DNA of 63,264 nt, counting the filler, from Rhabdomonas costata (lineage: Eukaryota): the NCBI GenBank assembly GCA_019059605.1. It is 56 parts of 56 records of this genome, joined end to end, with 100 filler letters (N's around TTAATTAATTAA, not from the genome) between each part and the next. Parts side by side here need not be neighbours in the genome. Positions count along the whole stretch, not along the records: positions 59,972 to 61,002 come from JAHMHO010032463.1; positions 61,103 to 62,133 come from JAHMHO010032464.1; positions 62,234 to 63,264 come from JAHMHO010032465.1; 53 more parts are not named here. One strand, 5' to 3'. The notes below the pieces were generated by a model. That model did not search any database, had not been told where the DNA came from, and saw only the letters and a program-made list of their open reading frames with translations. Made by a program: the position numbers and the translations under genes. This document shows, piece by piece, positions 60,571 through 63,264 of the stretch. Every line of letters begins with the position of its first letter. Within the stretch, counting starts at the first letter, position 1.

Positions 60571-62789
60571 CTGTAAAACCAAGCACCAAGAGTCTTCAGC
60601 GGCGGCACTGGAACACACTGGAGCTCATACGAAACAGGGGAAAGCAGGACCCCCATCTAATCAGCTCCCTCCAAGGAAAGGGGTGGGGGGGAGGTGCTAC
60701 TTGTTCAGTATCGAAGAAAGGGACGCGCCAGCTTCTTTCTGCAAGTGCACCGTGGTGAGCTCCAGCAGAGCCCTGTAATTCCGCACCACTCACCACAACT
60801 CCATGGCACGAACAGTAAAGCCGTTGTACTTCGCGAAGCTATTTTACCGCAAGGCTTCATACATTCCCACGCCAGCTCCTGAACCCTGAACTCCGAGTGC
60901 AAAACATGCGAAACAAAAAATGAACAGCTCAAAAAGGGAATACATACAACAATTCGGCACTGTTGTAATTGCAGAAAAATATAGGATTCGCCCCCACACC
61001 CCNNNNNNNNNNNNNNNNNNNNNNNNNNNNNNNNNNNNNNNNNNNNTTAATTAATTAANNNNNNNNNNNNNNNNNNNNNNNNNNNNNNNNNNNNNNNNNN
61101 NNGGGGGGTGGGTGCTTCACGAGGTCCTGTGTACTTGGCTAAGGACTTAAGCAACACGGTTGGTTCGTGGGGGATCCTGACTGCCACTGGATGGAAATAC
61201 CCCGGGCAGACGCCTGGGCTTCGGTTTTCTGTCACTTCATAGCCCTCTCGCATGACGCGTTGCTCTCTCACATTTCATATATACAAGTGCACAACTTAGT
61301 GTGCAATCTCTCACGATGTCACGTCCTCATCGTTTCCGCCGCAGCGTAAATCTGCGGGTGGGCCCGGGAGTGCCACACTGACGGAGGTGCTAAGCCCATC
61401 AGAGTTCACCACGCGGAGGTGGGCCACGGCTCGTGGTGGGGCCGGGCCCACTTCTACACATGCGGGCGCCCACAGAGCGGGAAGGCTCAAAGAGAAGCTG
61501 AAGTTGCCCAGCAGACGCTCCCTCTCTGTGATAGGATAGGGCAGAAGCGAGTGCAGAGCCTTGCAGGAGAATCACGGTGGTTAACCCCTGGGTAGCAAAT
61601 GCTGCCAATCCCAAGTCCCGACAGTGGATTTTGCTATCAGCCGTCCGATAAACAATGCTACTGAGCCCGACCGATCCGTCAGGGTTCCATCGCATTTGCT
61701 ATCGGACCGCTGACAGCAAATACTACCGTCGGAGTGTGGGTGACAGCATACGCTATCGCCGGTACTGGGTCATTGGATGCCTTTTGTTTTTCTTGGGGGG
61801 AGGGGGTGTTAAACGGTCGAACCTTAACCGTATAACGTAGAACGATTTTACTTCGTTTAACGTTGTTCAACGATAAAGTTCAATACTATACTGGTGGGCT
61901 TGGTGGCTAGAAAACCTTTTTCTATGCAGGACTACGAAAACTCCCCCGCTTCCGACAGACAACGTCCCCGCCTCAGCCGCCCGCTTCGGCCGTGTCTCGG
62001 GCTGGCCTTCACCACTACAATAACTCTGTCCCTTGTGGCATCTCCTACAAACCCGTTCATCGCATAACCCGGGCAGTTTCATCAAAGTCAGACTCTAACA
62101 CACCAGAAATACGCAGGAAAGGTACCCAAAAACNNNNNNNNNNNNNNNNNNNNNNNNNNNNNNNNNNNNNNNNNNNNTTAATTAATTAANNNNNNNNNNN
62201 NNNNNNNNNNNNNNNNNNNNNNNNNNNNNNNNNTTTTGTTGTTTGAGTCTCTCCCCGCACCTCTACCTCACGCCACCCCTCCATTTCCCCATCACTGGAC
62301 ATCCCATCCGGGAGCCCACAAACCCGACCTGTCCTCCGATTTCAGATGAGAAGGGCTTCACGAAAACCCGACCCCCCCCCCGTCCTCCTCCCCGCAGTTA
62401 CAAAGAACTCACCGAAGATTTCAAGGTTTCAAAGACAGGCGGAGGTGGTGTCGGTGCTGGTGATGACCCAACTTCCCTGGGGAGTGGGGGTGGAGGCTCG
62501 AAACGCCAGTTAGTCAAATGAGGCAGGAGCTCAGTACGCAGCTACTCAGCTCAGAGTTCACCCCTTTAACCCTTTCTGCCCTCCCGTACATTCTGTGAGG
62601 CTAGTGAGGCTGAGGTTTGGGGTGACTGAGTTGGGGAAGAGGGACCAGCTGCTCCCATCGGCCAGGGTGGTAGATTTTTTCTGTCCTGCTTTTTGGGGGT
62701 GATGGAGGGATTTCCACCATTATGGGCACAAGGTGGCAGCTTCCAAGTGGTTCGCCAAACAAAAGGGAAAAAAAATAGTCCATCGCGAT

Positions 62790-62903
62790 GTCCTCTATAA
62801 AACGTGCATCGCCCTGTAACCCCCTTCAAATCTTCTATCCGAATCCCAGGGGATACTTGTATCGCCCTGTATAACACGTGCATCGCCCTCTAACCCCCTG
62901 CAA
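62790..62903 (-). repeat. Degenerate ~53-bp minisatellite family, copy 3
   Basis: Reverse complement reads TTGCAGGGGGTTAGAGGGCGATGCACGTG...CCCCTGGGATTCGGATAGAAGATTTG. Confidence 0.85.
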
Positions 62904-63264
62904 GGTAAGCATCTTGAAAAGCTTAAAAAAATTGCTGATTCTGTTTTTTTTCGGCAAGGAGCCGGTGCTGTTTCGGCTTTTGGTACGCGTGCACAGGTGC
63001 CGCCGCTACCAGCGCTGCGGCAGCTGATCGGGCGCCCTGTGGCGTATGCGATGCCCCCTTCCAGCGCACGTCAACCCTCACACTCTCACACCGATGGACT
63101 GGCGCGCGTTCGCACTCGCAGAATGCCGGGCAATCTCGTTGGTTCCCCCAACGCAGTCCCGACAACCCGCCTTGAGGATTATTGGAGCAGAAATATATGA
63201 ACTCACACATTTTGTACCTTGTGCCATGTACCTGCCACCCTTTTGGCCAAAAAAAATAGGGCGG

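Noticed and set aside
1033..62233. Regularly spaced identical TTAATTAATTAA as a CRISPR-like or biological repeat
   Set aside because: Always embedded in N runs; it is a six-frame-stop linker added when contigs were concatenated
1..63264. Non-conventional (non GT-AG) euglenid or diplonemid introns
   Set aside because: Every homology-anchored junction could be explained with GT (or possibly GC) and AG; none can be supported without transcripts

Overview
This window is not one locus. It is about 56 unrelated contigs of ~1.03 kb, joined by artificial 100-nt spacers (N44-TTAATTAATTAA-N44). Most contigs start with G/T-only and end with A/C-only tails, and several carry perfect terminal fold-backs, which points to whole-genome-amplified (probably single-cell) DNA. 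The source is an intron-rich eukaryote, most plausibly a euglenozoan (euglenid or diplonemid type). Support for that inference: GT-N-Y-G-biased donors, AG acceptors just upstream of start codons, a VP39-type cap methyltransferase, a tandem Venus-flytrap receptor ectodomain and a cruzipain-like protease. Exon fragments I recognise by eye include U2AF65, RPS24, PIG-B, PIG-X, a GBF1/GNOM-type ARF-GEF, a P4-ATPase, a papain-family protease, a bacterial-type Pcm, a bacterial-type cyclase/kynurenine formamidase, a degenerate class III nucleotide cyclase, ankyrin and Cys-rich repeat exons. There are also decayed Ty3/gypsy and probable DIRS-like retroelements and dispersed repeats. Gene neighbourhood across spacers is meaningless, so no multi-gene system can be inferred and I do not claim a new system. 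All family calls come from remembered motifs, not database searches.
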